NCBI GenBank assembly: GCA_963783885.1
Contig: CAWAPJ010000006.1
Location: 1-64,000 of the forward strand
Direction of reading: 5' to 3'
Source of the DNA: Waddliaceae bacterium
GTDB taxonomy: Bacteria; Chlamydiota; Chlamydiia; Chlamydiales; SLFE01
DNA length: 64,000 bases
Shown here: one piece after another, positions 19,611 to 29,946 of the stretch
Numbering within the stretch: the stretch's first letter is position 1
How the letters are laid out: each line of letters opens with the position of its first letter
Program-made: the position numbers and the translations under genes
Notes under the pieces: model-generated
What the model saw: only the letters and a program-made list of their open reading frames with translations
Told to the model about the DNA's origin: nothing
The model's database searches: none

Positions 19611-20482
19611 TGCGGGTTGGTGTGGAAATAGCTTTTGAGGGTATTTTGCAAAAGCATAGCAATAGTCATGGGGCCGACGCCGCCGGGCACAGGGGTAATG
19701 AGCGAACATTTGTCTTTGACAGCTTCAAAATCGACATCCCCGACAAGCCGCGAGCCGCTTTTTCTTGCCAAATCTTCAATGCGGTTGATGCCGACATCTA
19801 TCACAATCGCGCCTTCTCTTACCATATCGGCCGTTATTTTGTGAGGAATCCCGATAGCGACAACGAGAATGTCTGCCTGCAGCGTAATTTCTTTAAGATT
19901 CGATGTGAAGCGATTAGCGACCGTTACTGTGGCATCAGTCCCTTTTCCCCTTTGCAAAAGCATGGCGGCAAGAGGTTTTCCTACAATATTGCTTCTACCA
20001 ATGATAACAACATGCTTGCCTGCCAGCTTGATGTCCATATGTTCGATCAGAGTTTTGATGCCGAGCGGGGTGCAGGGAAGGAAGCCGTCCTCTTCGCCGA
20101 TCAGCATTTTGCCGACATTGATCGGATGAAACCCGTCAATGTCCTTTTCCGGTGAGATCCACCTTGTCACCCGCTTATCATCAATATGGGAGGGGAGGGG
20201 GAGCTGAACCAGGATGCCGTCGACATTGGTGTTGGCATTTAAAATCTCGATTTCTTTGAGCAGGTCATCTTCAGATATCGACGCCTCAAGGTGCCGTTTT
20301 ATGGATTGGATTCCCACTTCTTCGCAGGCTTTTGTCTTCCGGTTGACATAGATGCGGGAAGGGCCGTGATCTCCGACAAGGATGACAGCCATGCACGGCG
20401 GCCTTCCTTTAGCACTCGAAACCTGCTGTTTGATTCTTTCCTGAACTTCAGCGGCTATGGCTTTTCCGTCAATGATGGTCAT
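19607..20482 (-). CDS. folD: Methylenetetrahydrofolate dehydrogenase/cyclohydrolase
   Basis: GILVQLPLP, KDIDGFHP, GRSNIVGKP, TPVPGGVGPMT. Confidence 0.97.
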   Translation of the reverse strand: MTIIDGKAIAAEVQERIKQQVSSAKGRPPCMAVILVGDHGPSRIYVNRKTKACEEVGIQSIKRHLEASISEDDLLKEIEILNANTNVDGILVQLPLPSHIDDKRVTRWISPEKDIDGFHPINVGKMLIGEEDGFLPCTPLGIKTLIEHMDIKLAGKHVVIIGRSNIVGKPLAAMLLQRGKGTDATVTVANRFTSNLKEITLQADILVVAIGIPHKITADMVREGAIVIDVGINRIEDLARKSGSRLVGDVDFEAVKDKCSLITPVPGGVGPMTIAMLLQNTLKSYFHTNPQ

Positions 20483-20602
20483 AAAAGGATCATAAAGGAT
20501 GCGGAAAAATGAATCAAGGGGGTCTTAACAGAAAATTAACAAAACTTTTATTGATACTTTACATATTAATAATGTATAATAGATGTGTAAATAAAGGGAA
20601 AT

Positions 20603-22093
20603 ATGAGAATTAACGGAAAATTAAATAGTAATTTAGAACTTGGTCTTTCTATGAGCCGGGCGTCTTATGCTATTGAAAGCTCAAACAGAAAGATTGAGAA
20701 CCAAATTGGTTCAGTTGCCATCAGAAATCTGCAATTCCCCATGTTGCAACTTGAGATGGAATCCGAGATTTCCCAGCTTAAGAATGTTTCGAAAAAGTGT
20801 CAAAATCCTTTTGAACGTTTGTTTCGCTCGCTGCTCAATTTGTTTGGAATTGTCACAAACTACCAGAAATTGATGAATGAAATTAATATATTGGAATGTA
20901 ATGCGAATCTCATCGAAAGAGAACACTTGAAGCAATTAGAAAAAGAAAAAACTGGGGCTCTGGACAATATTGAAGCGGCCTTGACTGAGATTTCAGATCA
21001 ATTTACAGCGGTTGAAGAAGAAATACAGAATTTAGATACCCCCGCTGACCTAGCGTTGTACCAAAAGCATCTAAAGTCAATGGAAGAACCGCTAAATGAG
21101 CTTTTTAAAATCTACAGAGGAGATGCTCCGCAGCTTAAGCTCATCAAAGAACTTGCGGATAGATACGACAAAGTCTTAAATGAGTTATCGAAGACAGTAC
21201 CTCCTCAATTGCCCGGAGGCATCCGCAATGGCGGCAATACATGCTACCTCGCTTCTGCGATGCAGGCGATCAACAACGTTCCCGAATATAGGGATTTGTT
21301 TAAGAACCCTCTACAGCAAAGGCCTGGAGAATCTGAGGAATCTTTAGAGGAGAGAAAGCGGATACAAAAAGCGGGATTTACCATATTGCAAAAGATTGAA
21401 CGCCGAAAAGAAGTCTCCAGAGAGGAAATTAATTTATTGAGACAGGCGTGCTATGAACATAAAGAAGATGACATAAGGGTCATCAAGAGTTTGGGTGGCC
21501 AAACCGACTCTATGGAAACCTTGGGGCGCCTTCTTTCTGCCCTTGATTACCAGGAGACTGAGATTCAATTCATCTATGAAGATACTGTCGATGTAAACGG
21601 CTTAGAAATTGTTGACGACGGCAAGGAAAGAGATGTCAGCAAACTGAAAGATGTAAAAAAATATGTACGAAAAGACCCGTTCATATTGTATACTGATCCA
21701 CATAAGGAAAAAAATGTGTCAAAAGTGTCTATGGACACTTTAATACAGGATTTGTGGAAAGTAGAATATGTAGAAGAGAGTCGTCTTTTAAGGAAAAGAA
21801 GTGTCAATCCTGACAATCTTCCCAATGTGTTGCTGGTGAAAGTTGTGTATTCGCGTAAAAAGAAGATGAAAATTACAAACCCTGAAACCGTTCATATTTC
21901 GGGATACAAATATCGGTTGGCCGCTGTCATTGAACATATGCCGGGACACTATGTCGCTCATGTTGTTAAACCGAGCGGCATGTTCACAGCAAATGATTCG
22001 AGGGTCCGTCCCCAATCAAATTCGTTTATTTCCGGAGACGGCTACATCTACGTCATGGATGGAAGCGCTAAGCTGCCAACAACAAATAATTGA
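20603..22093 (+). CDS. USP/UCH (peptidase C19)-like deubiquitinase; candidate secreted effector
   Basis: Cys box GIRNGGNTCYLASAMQ, QTDSME, His box YRLAAVIEHMPGHYVAHV, NDSRV; coiled-coil N-terminal half. Confidence 0.8.
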   Translation: MRINGKLNSNLELGLSMSRASYAIESSNRKIENQIGSVAIRNLQFPMLQLEMESEISQLKNVSKKCQNPFERLFRSLLNLFGIVTNYQKLMNEINILECNANLIEREHLKQLEKEKTGALDNIEAALTEISDQFTAVEEEIQNLDTPADLALYQKHLKSMEEPLNELFKIYRGDAPQLKLIKELADRYDKVLNELSKTVPPQLPGGIRNGGNTCYLASAMQAINNVPEYRDLFKNPLQQRPGESEESLEERKRIQKAGFTILQKIERRKEVSREEINLLRQACYEHKEDDIRVIKSLGGQTDSMETLGRLLSALDYQETEIQFIYEDTVDVNGLEIVDDGKERDVSKLKDVKKYVRKDPFILYTDPHKEKNVSKVSMDTLIQDLWKVEYVEESRLLRKRSVNPDNLPNVLLVKVVYSRKKKMKITNPETVHISGYKYRLAAVIEHMPGHYVAHVVKPSGMFTANDSRVRPQSNSFISGDGYIYVMDGSAKLPTTNN

Positions 22094-22160
22094 AACCGAA
22101 AGACTGTAGAGACACAAAGTACGTAGATTCTTTGTGTCTCTACAGTCTTTCGGTTTCAAT
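22089..22160. repeat. Perfect 31-bp inverted repeat with 10-nt loop (REP-like)
   Basis: ATTGAAACCGAAAGACTGTAGAGACACAAAG at 22089-22119 and its exact complement at 22130-22160. Confidence 0.9.
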
Positions 22161-22257
22161 CACTCTTTACCCTTCGATTACGGACGAACAGGTTGACCTT
22201 AAGTTAAAATTTCGTGTATACCGAATGAAAGCACCTGAATAATTTGGAGGTTCCAGG

Positions 22258-22713
22258 ATGAAAATAAAGTACCTTTTGACCGCTTTCATTGCCCTGATCC
22301 CGGTATTGCTTTCTGCGGAGTTGACTCAGGCTGATTGCAGCGAAGACGTTCTTTTTCGGTTTTTTCCCCAATCGTTCGTTTTACAGGTTTTGGAAAAACA
22401 CAATGTGCCCAAAGAGCAGGCGGCCGATATTGCTGCCAATCTCGCAGATTCCGACCAGCTTGTCGTTCAGCTTATTGAACAAAAGGCTAAGCAAATGAAT
22501 CCCAATCCTTTGGAAGATGAAAACGCAGGGCAGGCTAGAGCCAAGCTTTTTCATGATGCTATAACTGAGACATTCAATAATATTGTCAATAAATATGGGA
22601 TCACCGATACAAGGGAGATATCGATGATGCTCGATGAAATCCAGAAACTCAGGATGGAGAGATTCGAAAAATGCCGAAAAGAAGGTCTCGTCCCAAATTT
22701 ACCCCAACACTGA
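22258..22713 (+). CDS. Hypothetical exported protein (paralog 1)
   Basis: GGAGG RBS, signal peptide, C..FFP..VL..H motif shared with the next ORF. Confidence 0.75.
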   Translation: MKIKYLLTAFIALIPVLLSAELTQADCSEDVLFRFFPQSFVLQVLEKHNVPKEQAADIAANLADSDQLVVQLIEQKAKQMNPNPLEDENAGQARAKLFHDAITETFNNIVNKYGITDTREISMMLDEIQKLRMERFEKCRKEGLVPNLPQH

Positions 22714-23132
22714 TTCTATTCGGCTGTATTTTCTCACTTTGCACTGCTGTGATCTCGGCGCAAGAATCTTGCGCCGAAATGTTTAAATCCAACTTTTTTC
22801 CTCCTAAAATCATCAACAAAGTCCTGCATCAATTTGAGATTCCTCCAGAAAAATGGGCCGGGATCAATCGGGATTTAACTTTGCTGACAAAGCATGTTGA
22901 GGAAAGGGTCCACAGAAAAGCCGAGCGTCTCACTCCCAATCCTTTCAATGAACCTCAGCAGACTGTTGTGATCGGCAAATTATATCATGAGGTTAGGATG
23001 AAAATTTTTCAGGAAGTGATGCGGCAGCATGGGGTTGATGATAATCTGAAAATTTACGATATGTTCGATCAGATTCAATATGAAAAAGCTTCCATAGTTT
23101 GGGATTGTTATCAAAAAGAGAAAAGAGGTTGA
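22671..23132 (+). CDS. Hypothetical exported protein (paralog 2)
   Basis: Signal peptide; FFP, PNP, KL.H, D.IQ..C motifs match the upstream ORF; start uncertain. Confidence 0.7.
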   Translation: MPKRRSRPKFTPTLILFGCIFSLCTAVISAQESCAEMFKSNFFPPKIINKVLHQFEIPPEKWAGINRDLTLLTKHVEERVHRKAERLTPNPFNEPQQTVVIGKLYHEVRMKIFQEVMRQHGVDDNLKIYDMFDQIQYEKASIVWDCYQKEKRG

Positions 23133-23133
23133 T

Positions 23134-23928
23134 ATGTTGGAAGGGATCCTGATTCTTTGGTTTATTTTCACTGCTTGTTCTGTGGCCTTTGTGGCTTATG
23201 ATTTGTTCACAAATACACCGGCTTTAGGGGTGATGAAGGCCGGGTGGATTTTAGTGACCTTGTATACAGGACCGGTGGGGCTGTTTCTTTATCTGATCTC
23301 GTGCAGGCAGCCTTTGCCCGGGTCGCATGATGAATTTATCGCCCCTATGTGGAAACAATCTCTGGGATCGGAAGTCCACTGTTTGGCAGGAGACGCCACA
23401 GGCATTATTATCGCAGCTATTGTGCTTGGTTTCTATTCAATTGCGATGGCCCTTGAAGTTACAATCGAGTACCTGGCGGGTTTTTTATTTGGACTTCTGA
23501 TATTTCAGGCTCTTTTCATGAAAGGAATCATGGGAGGCAATTATATAACTGCTGTTAAAAGTACATTTTATCCCGAATGGCTTTCGATGAATATGATTAT
23601 GACCGGAATGATTCCGGTCATGGTGATCTGGACAGCAATCGAGCCTCTGGCCGCCAATCCGGGCAGTCTCCACTTCTGGGGAAAGATGAGCCTCGCGACG
23701 CTGATCGGGGGAATTTTCTCCTATCCGATGAACTATTGGCTGGTCCTCAAGGGACTCAAGCATGGCATGGTCACGGCTCCCGGGGAGGGAGGCGAGATGA
23801 AAATGGAACATGTAGAAAAGACCGCGGCGCCTCAGGAAGTTTCGATGATGATGTGGATTTCACTCGGTTTTCTAGGGGCCGGATGCCTCATCGCCCTCAT
23901 TGGGTGGTTTGTTCTCGCAAACGGTTAA
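23134..23928 (+). CDS. DUF4396-like membrane protein
   Basis: HCLAGDATG, EWLSMNMIMTGM, SYPMNYWLV.KGLKHGM. Confidence 0.75.
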   Translation: MLEGILILWFIFTACSVAFVAYDLFTNTPALGVMKAGWILVTLYTGPVGLFLYLISCRQPLPGSHDEFIAPMWKQSLGSEVHCLAGDATGIIIAAIVLGFYSIAMALEVTIEYLAGFLFGLLIFQALFMKGIMGGNYITAVKSTFYPEWLSMNMIMTGMIPVMVIWTAIEPLAANPGSLHFWGKMSLATLIGGIFSYPMNYWLVLKGLKHGMVTAPGEGGEMKMEHVEKTAAPQEVSMMMWISLGFLGAGCLIALIGWFVLANG

Positions 23929-25144
23929 AGTAGTCCTTCCTTTTTTTCATTTCCCTTTCAAAACCTCTTTCGACAGGTTCGTAGAATGTCTCTCTTTCCA
24001 TATCATCGGGAAAATAATTTTGACCGGAAAATCCTTGGGAAGTGTCGTGGTCATAGATGTATTCTTTTCCATAACCCTGCTCTTTCATCAGCTTTGTCGG
24101 AGCATTGAGTATGATTTTAGGGGGGCCTAGATGGGTGGATTCAGAGGCGGCTTTACGTGCGCTTTTATAAGCTGTGTATATGGCGTTGCTTTTTGGGGCA
24201 AGAGCCATATAAACAACTGCTTGGGCAAGAGCCAATTCTCCTTCAGGGGATCCAAGCATCTGATAGGAGTCCCTTGCTGAAATGGCCAGTTTTAACGCCT
24301 CGGGATCTGCTAGGCCGATGTCTTCTGTGGCCATGCGGATGATGCGCCTGGCAATAAAGAGGGGATCCTCGCCTCCTTCGAGCATTCTGGAAAACCAATA
24401 AAGCGAGGCGTCGGGGTCGGAGCCGCGGACAGCTTTGTGCAGCGCGGATATCAGATTGTAGTGCTGGTCTCCGGAGCGGTCGAAAAGGGCAGCTTTCTTA
24501 TGCAGAAGTTTATCCAGCAGCTCAGAGTCCAATTTTTCAGCGCCTGCTGTTTGTAGATTTTCTATGAGGTTAAAGAGGTAGCGCCCATCTCCCTGAGAGC
24601 GGTCGACGAGCATTTTTTTGGCTTCCTCGGTGAGGCTAAGAGATTTGATTCGGTCCAGTAATTGTTCTAAAGCCAAAGGGGAGAGGGCATTCATCGGCAA
24701 AACTCTGACCCTGGAGAGGAGGGCGTTATTGAGATAAAAAGAGGGGTTTTCGGTTGTGGCGCCAATTAGGTGTATCGTCCCATTTTCGATAAAAGGGAGG
24801 AAGGCGTCTTGCTGGGCTTTATTGAATCGGTGGATTTCATCGACAAAGAGAAAGACCCCTTGACTGAAAAGAGGATGCGACTGTTGTTCCCGAATGATTT
24901 TTTTGATATCGGCGATTCCGCTGAAGACAGCGCTCATTTTAGCAAATCGCATTGAAAAGGCCTGGGCATACAAGGAGGCAAGAGAGGTTTTGCCGCAACC
25001 GGGAGGCCCCCAGAGAATTAAGGAGACGGGTTTTCCCGAAGCGATGCTTCGTTTGATAAGTCCTGAGGGACCTAAAAGATCATCCTGTCCGACAATGTCA
25101 TCGAGCGACTTTGGCCGCATCTGTTCTGCAAGAGGAATATTCAT
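23897..25144 (-). CDS. rarA: Replication-associated recombination protein A
   Basis: [49 protein letters not shown]. Confidence 0.96.
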   Translation of the reverse strand: MNIPLAEQMRPKSLDDIVGQDDLLGPSGLIKRSIASGKPVSLILWGPPGCGKTSLASLYAQAFSMRFAKMSAVFSGIADIKKIIREQQSHPLFSQGVFLFVDEIHRFNKAQQDAFLPFIENGTIHLIGATTENPSFYLNNALLSRVRVLPMNALSPLALEQLLDRIKSLSLTEEAKKMLVDRSQGDGRYLFNLIENLQTAGAEKLDSELLDKLLHKKAALFDRSGDQHYNLISALHKAVRGSDPDASLYWFSRMLEGGEDPLFIARRIIRMATEDIGLADPEALKLAISARDSYQMLGSPEGELALAQAVVYMALAPKSNAIYTAYKSARKAASESTHLGPPKIILNAPTKLMKEQGYGKEYIYDHDTSQGFSGQNYFPDDMERETFYEPVERGFEREMKKRKDYFNRLREQTTQ

Positions 25145-25147
25145 TTG

Positions 25148-25669
25148 TTAATCCATAAAATAGTCTCGTTTGGCGGCCCGGGGCAAAAAAATGGGTATCA
25201 GGCCAAAGACCGCAAAGCCATAAACAGCGTCAATGAAGGGGAAAACCAGCAAATCGGTGAGCAGCCATTCCTTAGAGAGCGGTAGTCCTTTTTCAAACAG
25301 GGCGTAGAGGGGCAGCAAGAAGATTGTGGAGATCAATGCAAAAAAAAAGGTCATGATCGGAATTGTCGACAGGCTGTCTTCAAAAAAGTTGTTTTTTTGA
25401 GAATAAAGAACCGTAGTCGTCAGGCAATAATTCAATGCGTGGAGTCCCAGATGGTGTTGACCCGAGAGCAAATCGACAATCATTCCGCTAAGCAGCGAGA
25501 GCCAAAGACAAATTGAAAAAGGTTTTTTATAGTAGGTAATGACGATAAAAGGGGCGAAAAATGTCAGCTTCCACGAAGGGAACCACGCGGGAAGAATAAC
25601 AGCTGAGGCAAACGCTGCAAGAAAAGCCAGCAAAAGTCTAAAATTGAGAAATCTAGTGCCTAATTTCAT
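25148..25669 (-). CDS. mreD: MreD-like membrane protein
   Basis: Small multi-TM protein with SGMIVDLLSGQHHLGLHAL motif. Confidence 0.6.
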   Translation of the reverse strand: MKLGTRFLNFRLLLAFLAAFASAVILPAWFPSWKLTFFAPFIVITYYKKPFSICLWLSLLSGMIVDLLSGQHHLGLHALNYCLTTTVLYSQKNNFFEDSLSTIPIMTFFFALISTIFLLPLYALFEKGLPLSKEWLLTDLLVFPFIDAVYGFAVFGLIPIFLPRAAKRDYFMD

Positions 25670-25700
25670 AAATAAGCTGCCTGATATATGAAATTAGGCA

Positions 25701-26426
25701 CTAGTACGCACCGCGAGTGGACAACATAGCAGGAACAGTCCTCAAGATCAAGGTCAGGTCCCATAAAAAGGATTGATAACGAATGTAGTGCATGTCCAGA
25801 CGTATGCGTTTGCAAAAATTTGTCTCGCTTCGCCCTGAAACTTGCCAGGGGCCGGTCAGTCCCGGCCGGATCGTCAGAAAGCGCGCTGCATAGGGGCCCA
25901 CCTTTTTTTTCAGTTCTTCTTCAGTGACCGGACGGGGTCCGACAACGCTCAGATCTCCAATGAAGACATTCCAAAATTGGGGAAGTTCGTCCAAAGAAGT
26001 TTTGCGTAAAAAAGAGCCGATGGGAGTGATTCTCGGGTCTTTTTTAAGTTTGTAATGAGTCTCCCATTCCTTGCGAAGACGGGGATCGGAAGCCAGGAGC
26101 CCGCTGAGTCTTTTTTCTGCGTCAGGGTGCATTGTCCTGAATTTGTAGCATAAAAAACGGCGTCCCCCTCTTCCGATTCTCTCATGCCTGAAAAAGACCG
26201 GCCCTTTGGAAGTGATTTTGACGGCCAGGGCTAAAAGCAGATAAACCGGCAGTCCCAATGTCAGAACTACCGCACTGAAACATATATCAAAAATGCGTTT
26301 AATCGGAATGTGGCGAATGGGGTTGTTCACAATATTGGGAAGGGGAATAACACTCGCTTGATTCATAATTTCCTGGCCTTGCAATATCTGTCTTCCCAGC
26401 ATAGAGGAGACCCTAATTTTTGGCAA
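25701..26426 (-). CDS. Polyprenyl-phosphate sugar phosphotransferase (WbaP/WcaJ-type)
   Basis: KRIFDI, YKFRTM, DPRIT.IG.FLRKTSLDELPQ, GPRP. Confidence 0.92.
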   Translation of the reverse strand: MPKIRVSSMLGRQILQGQEIMNQASVIPLPNIVNNPIRHIPIKRIFDICFSAVVLTLGLPVYLLLALAVKITSKGPVFFRHERIGRGGRRFLCYKFRTMHPDAEKRLSGLLASDPRLRKEWETHYKLKKDPRITPIGSFLRKTSLDELPQFWNVFIGDLSVVGPRPVTEEELKKKVGPYAARFLTIRPGLTGPWQVSGRSETNFCKRIRLDMHYIRYQSFLWDLTLILRTVPAMLSTRGAY

Positions 26427-26428
26427 GC

Positions 26429-26872
26429 TTATTCCCGAACCAACTCGGGTTCCGAGTCCGATCCGCTATCGTCTAATAATTCATACTTGTCTTGTTCCGG
26501 AGGGGCCGGCTTAGGAGTAAAAAATTGATCGCGCATGTGAGGAATCTTTTTTAAATTTTCGAGAAAATTCCAAAGGTCTTTTCTTGTCAGGAAACCATCC
26601 TCTGTTTTTTCTAAATATCTGAGAGAATAGAAAACTCCTTGCGCAATCAAGCTGACTGCGATAGCCACAGCAACTGGAACAGAGGCAACAGTACTCAGCA
26701 AACATGCCGCTGCAATACTTCCGGCCAAGTTAACAACAACTCTTTCTATCTCCAGGTATTTAGGGTACTTTTGAAGGCAGGGGCTTGCCAGGCGCTGGAG
26801 GGCATGCCCCGCCGCAACTGAGGCTTCCCCGATAATTAACGCAGGAAAGAAACCCGATATCTGAACAGTCAT
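26429..26872 (-). CDS. Small hypothetical membrane protein, Inc-like
   Basis: Long bilobed hydrophobic stretch, acidic tail, GAGGAG RBS. Confidence 0.6.
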   Translation of the reverse strand: MTVQISGFFPALIIGEASVAAGHALQRLASPCLQKYPKYLEIERVVVNLAGSIAAACLLSTVASVPVAVAIAVSLIAQGVFYSLRYLEKTEDGFLTRKDLWNFLENLKKIPHMRDQFFTPKPAPPEQDKYELLDDSGSDSEPELVRE

Positions 26873-26989
26873 ATTTTTCTCCTCTTTAAATTTCTCAATA
26901 ACAACAGTTTATTTCATATATTGTATTTGTCAACATTTCAAAAAAAAGGTAAGACTTTTAGAGTAGAGGAAATACTAAAGGAGGTGGGT

Positions 26990-27745
26990 ATGGTGCAGCC
27001 ATTAAGCCCGTCGAAGTTTGGAAACTGGATCCAGTTGCAAAATGTCAAAACATTCAACACAAAAGTGAAAAGCGTTGCCTGCGACCAAATTGTTTCCAAA
27101 CATATCAAGACCGAAGAAGGGGATTTCTGCGATAAGCAGCTTGAACTATATCGTCAGGAGGATCTGAAGGCTCTAGACAGCAGTATTTACTCTTATGTTC
27201 TCTCTACGTTGGAGTACGCCGCTTGGCCTGTTAAGATAATGGCCGAGGTTGTCTATGCCTTGTGCGGTGTATTCGGCCAGGGAGTAAAAATATGCGTCGA
27301 TCTGACCACCCCTCGGGGGACAACAGGAAGAGTGCTTTCAACAGCAGGATGGTTTCTCGGATTTTATTTCAGCCTGACATCGTCAAGTCTTGTCTGTGGA
27401 GCCTTAATTGCTATGACGATGAAAAAGCTGTGCATCTATCGAGGGGATGGCTACTGGACGGAAAAAATCGCATTGGCCGGGGCGCCTCTCATTTTTGGGA
27501 TCCCTTTGCAGGTCATATTTGTAAATGGGTGCGCCGAAGCAGGAGGTTATGCCCTTGTGATTATTCATAATTGTATTTACAAACTAATGGCCGACAATCC
27601 TGAAGAAAAGGAACTGATAGAACAATGGAAAGAAGTTCAGTTGAAAATTAAAGAGAACGGAGAGGAGAAAGCCGAGATTATTGAAGAAGAACTTGATGAA
27701 GATATTTGGGAAATTAACTCCGCCGAAAATGCTGTGATATTATGA
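26990..27745 (+). CDS. Hypothetical membrane protein
   Basis: GGAGGT RBS before ATG 26990; several hydrophobic segments; Glu-rich tail. Confidence 0.65.
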   Translation: MVQPLSPSKFGNWIQLQNVKTFNTKVKSVACDQIVSKHIKTEEGDFCDKQLELYRQEDLKALDSSIYSYVLSTLEYAAWPVKIMAEVVYALCGVFGQGVKICVDLTTPRGTTGRVLSTAGWFLGFYFSLTSSSLVCGALIAMTMKKLCIYRGDGYWTEKIALAGAPLIFGIPLQVIFVNGCAEAGGYALVIIHNCIYKLMADNPEEKELIEQWKEVQLKIKENGEEKAEIIEEELDEDIWEINSAENAVIL

Positions 27746-28673
27746 TTCCGAGCAGGGTGGTGTCTCTGTCAAGTTCGTTTAGGCAGCCCTTGCAGTTGTT
27801 CAAATGATTTTCTAACTCCTGCCTTGCCATATCCAGACCGAGAAGAGAGGGGTATGTTGTTTTGTGATTTTTTTGATCCGAACTGACTTTGGTGCCTCTT
27901 TTCTCTTGGCAGGCAGTCACGTCCAGAATGTCGTCGAGAATTTGGAAGGCGATTCCGAGTTCGGAACCGAATTTTCTTAGCAGCAGGCGCTCTTGTGTTG
28001 TTGCATGGGCGACAATCGCTCCGAATTCAGCGGCGGCGGTGAAGAGGGCACCGGTTTTCAGACGGTGGAGAGAACGGAGCTCCTCAAGATTGGCGTCTTC
28101 ATTTTCCAGACGAATATCCATGACCTGCCCGCCTGCCATGCCTTCGCCTCCAGCGGCTTTTGACAGCAAGCCGATCAGGTCGATTTTTTGGTCCGGGGTC
28201 AGCCGCTGGTCCCGGCTAATCAATTCAAAGGGAAAGGTGAGGAGATAGTCGCCGGTAAGCACGGCGTGACCTTCGTTGTACACTTTATGCAATGCCGGTT
28301 TTCCGCGGCGAAAATCATCGTCGTCCATGCAGGGTAGGTCGTCGTGAATCATCGAGTAGGTATGGATCATCTCAATCGCAGAGGCGGGAAGGAGAGCGGT
28401 CTCAACATCGGCCCCTAAAACATCGGCCACTGTTAGCGTCAGGAGAGGGCGGAGCCTTTTTCCGCCGCAAAGCAATGAATAGCGGGCAGCTTGAAATAAA
28501 TGGTTGTAGGGGACTGCCTTTTCAACAACAAGCTGTTCGAGCTTTCTCTCGATTTTCCCAAGAAAATCTTTAATTTTGTGTCTGCAAAGCAAAGAACGGC
28601 CGTCGGCCGACGCAGAAGTAATCGAATCCTCTTTTTGCCATTTGTTTTGGATCGTACTGGTTTCGTCCATCAA
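27714..28673 (-). CDS. ispA: Polyprenyl (FPP/GGPP) synthase; true start probably near 28590
   Basis: GGKRLRP, HDDLPCMDDDDFRRGKP, KTGALF, FQILDD. Confidence 0.9.
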   Translation of the reverse strand: MMDETSTIQNKWQKEDSITSASADGRSLLCRHKIKDFLGKIERKLEQLVVEKAVPYNHLFQAARYSLLCGGKRLRPLLTLTVADVLGADVETALLPASAIEMIHTYSMIHDDLPCMDDDDFRRGKPALHKVYNEGHAVLTGDYLLTFPFELISRDQRLTPDQKIDLIGLLSKAAGGEGMAGGQVMDIRLENEDANLEELRSLHRLKTGALFTAAAEFGAIVAHATTQERLLLRKFGSELGIAFQILDDILDVTACQEKRGTKVSSDQKNHKTTYPSLLGLDMARQELENHLNNCKGCLNELDRDTTLLGIIISQHFRRS

Positions 28674-29916
28674 AAAAAGCTGTGCCTCTCATTTGTTTTA
28701 ACAGAGTGTTGAAATCTAACAGGCGGAATTGCTTCCATTCTGTCACAAGCGCGATGGCGTCTGCCCCTTTGGCCGCGTCCATTTCATTTTCGCACCAAGT
28801 GATGTTTTGATGATCGGGAATCACCTTCTGGGCACTTTCCGAAGCAATGGGATCGTAAAGCCTCAAAAGGGCCCCTTCTGCAAGAAGCTGCCTAATCAGG
28901 ATAAGTGAGGGAGCATGCCTCATGTCATCGGTTTCCGGCTTAAAGGCAAGGCCCAGCACGGCTACGGTTTTTCCTTCAACCTGTCCAAAGTGGGAGATGA
29001 TTTTTGCCCCCAAAGATTGCCTTTGCCTGTCATTGACTTCTTCGACAGCATTCAAAAGAGGGGTGTCGTACATCTGGTTTTCAGCTTGCTTCCGCAGGGC
29101 TCGCAAATCCTTGGGAAGGCAAGAGCCCCCATAGCCAAGTCCCGGGTAGAGATAGTTGTAGCCGATTCGGGAATCAGAGCCTATCCCGACGCGTACTTGA
29201 CTGATATCGGCGCCGTTCAGCTCGCAAAGTCCCGAAAGTTCATTCATAAACGATATCCTGGCAGCTAGCATGGCATTGGCGGCGTATTTTGTCATCTCGG
29301 CGGAAGCGGGATCCATGAGGTGGATGCGCTGGCGGCTGAGCATAAAAGGAGCGTAAATTTCTTTCATGATGGCCCCCGCTTTTTCCGATTCGGTTCCGAT
29401 TATGATCCTGTCTGGTTTCATAAAATCTTGAATTGCGTTGCCTTCTTTAAGAAATTCGGGATTAGACACAACATCGTAGGGGAGCTTAAGGCCTCGCTCT
29501 TCTAGAACCCGATTGACTAAAGAGTCAATCTCATGGACCGTGCCGACAGGCGAGGTGGACTTGTTCACAAAAATCAGATAGCCTGTCATTTTCATGGCAA
29601 TGCTTCGGATGGCGCTTTTCAAAGAGTTGAGATCAGCCGCCCCAGTCTCCCCGCAAGGGGTGTCGACGGCAAGAAAGCAAACTTTGGCCCTTGGGATGGC
29701 GCTATCGTAACTTGTCGTGAAATTCAGTCTTCCGCACTTGGTGTTTCTTCGGATTATTTCCTCAAGTCCAGGTTCATATATGGGAATGCGCCCTTTCTTG
29801 AGCTCTTTAATTTTTTCTTCATTAATGTCGAGGCAGATGACAGAATGTCCCATTTCTGCGAAACAGGCTCCAGACACAAGACCGACATATCCGCTGCCGA
29901 CAATAAGTAATTCCAT
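28570..29916 (-). CDS. ugd: UDP-glucose 6-dehydrogenase
   Basis: GSGYVG, SNPEFLKEG, GYGGSCLPKD, FKPETDDMR, DGRN. Confidence 0.95.
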   Translation of the reverse strand: MELLIVGSGYVGLVSGACFAEMGHSVICLDINEEKIKELKKGRIPIYEPGLEEIIRRNTKCGRLNFTTSYDSAIPRAKVCFLAVDTPCGETGAADLNSLKSAIRSIAMKMTGYLIFVNKSTSPVGTVHEIDSLVNRVLEERGLKLPYDVVSNPEFLKEGNAIQDFMKPDRIIIGTESEKAGAIMKEIYAPFMLSRQRIHLMDPASAEMTKYAANAMLAARISFMNELSGLCELNGADISQVRVGIGSDSRIGYNYLYPGLGYGGSCLPKDLRALRKQAENQMYDTPLLNAVEEVNDRQRQSLGAKIISHFGQVEGKTVAVLGLAFKPETDDMRHAPSLILIRQLLAEGALLRLYDPIASESAQKVIPDHQNITWCENEMDAAKGADAIALVTEWKQFRLLDFNTLLKQMRGTAFFDGRNQYDPKQMAKRGFDYFCVGRRPFFALQTQN

Positions 29917-29946
29917 AACTTCAAAGGATACAATAAAATTAAAAAT

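Noticed and set aside
16634-20155. Long alternative-strand ORFs (e.g. 16634-17314, 19517-20155)
   Set aside because: They are antisense shadows of longer or well-supported genes
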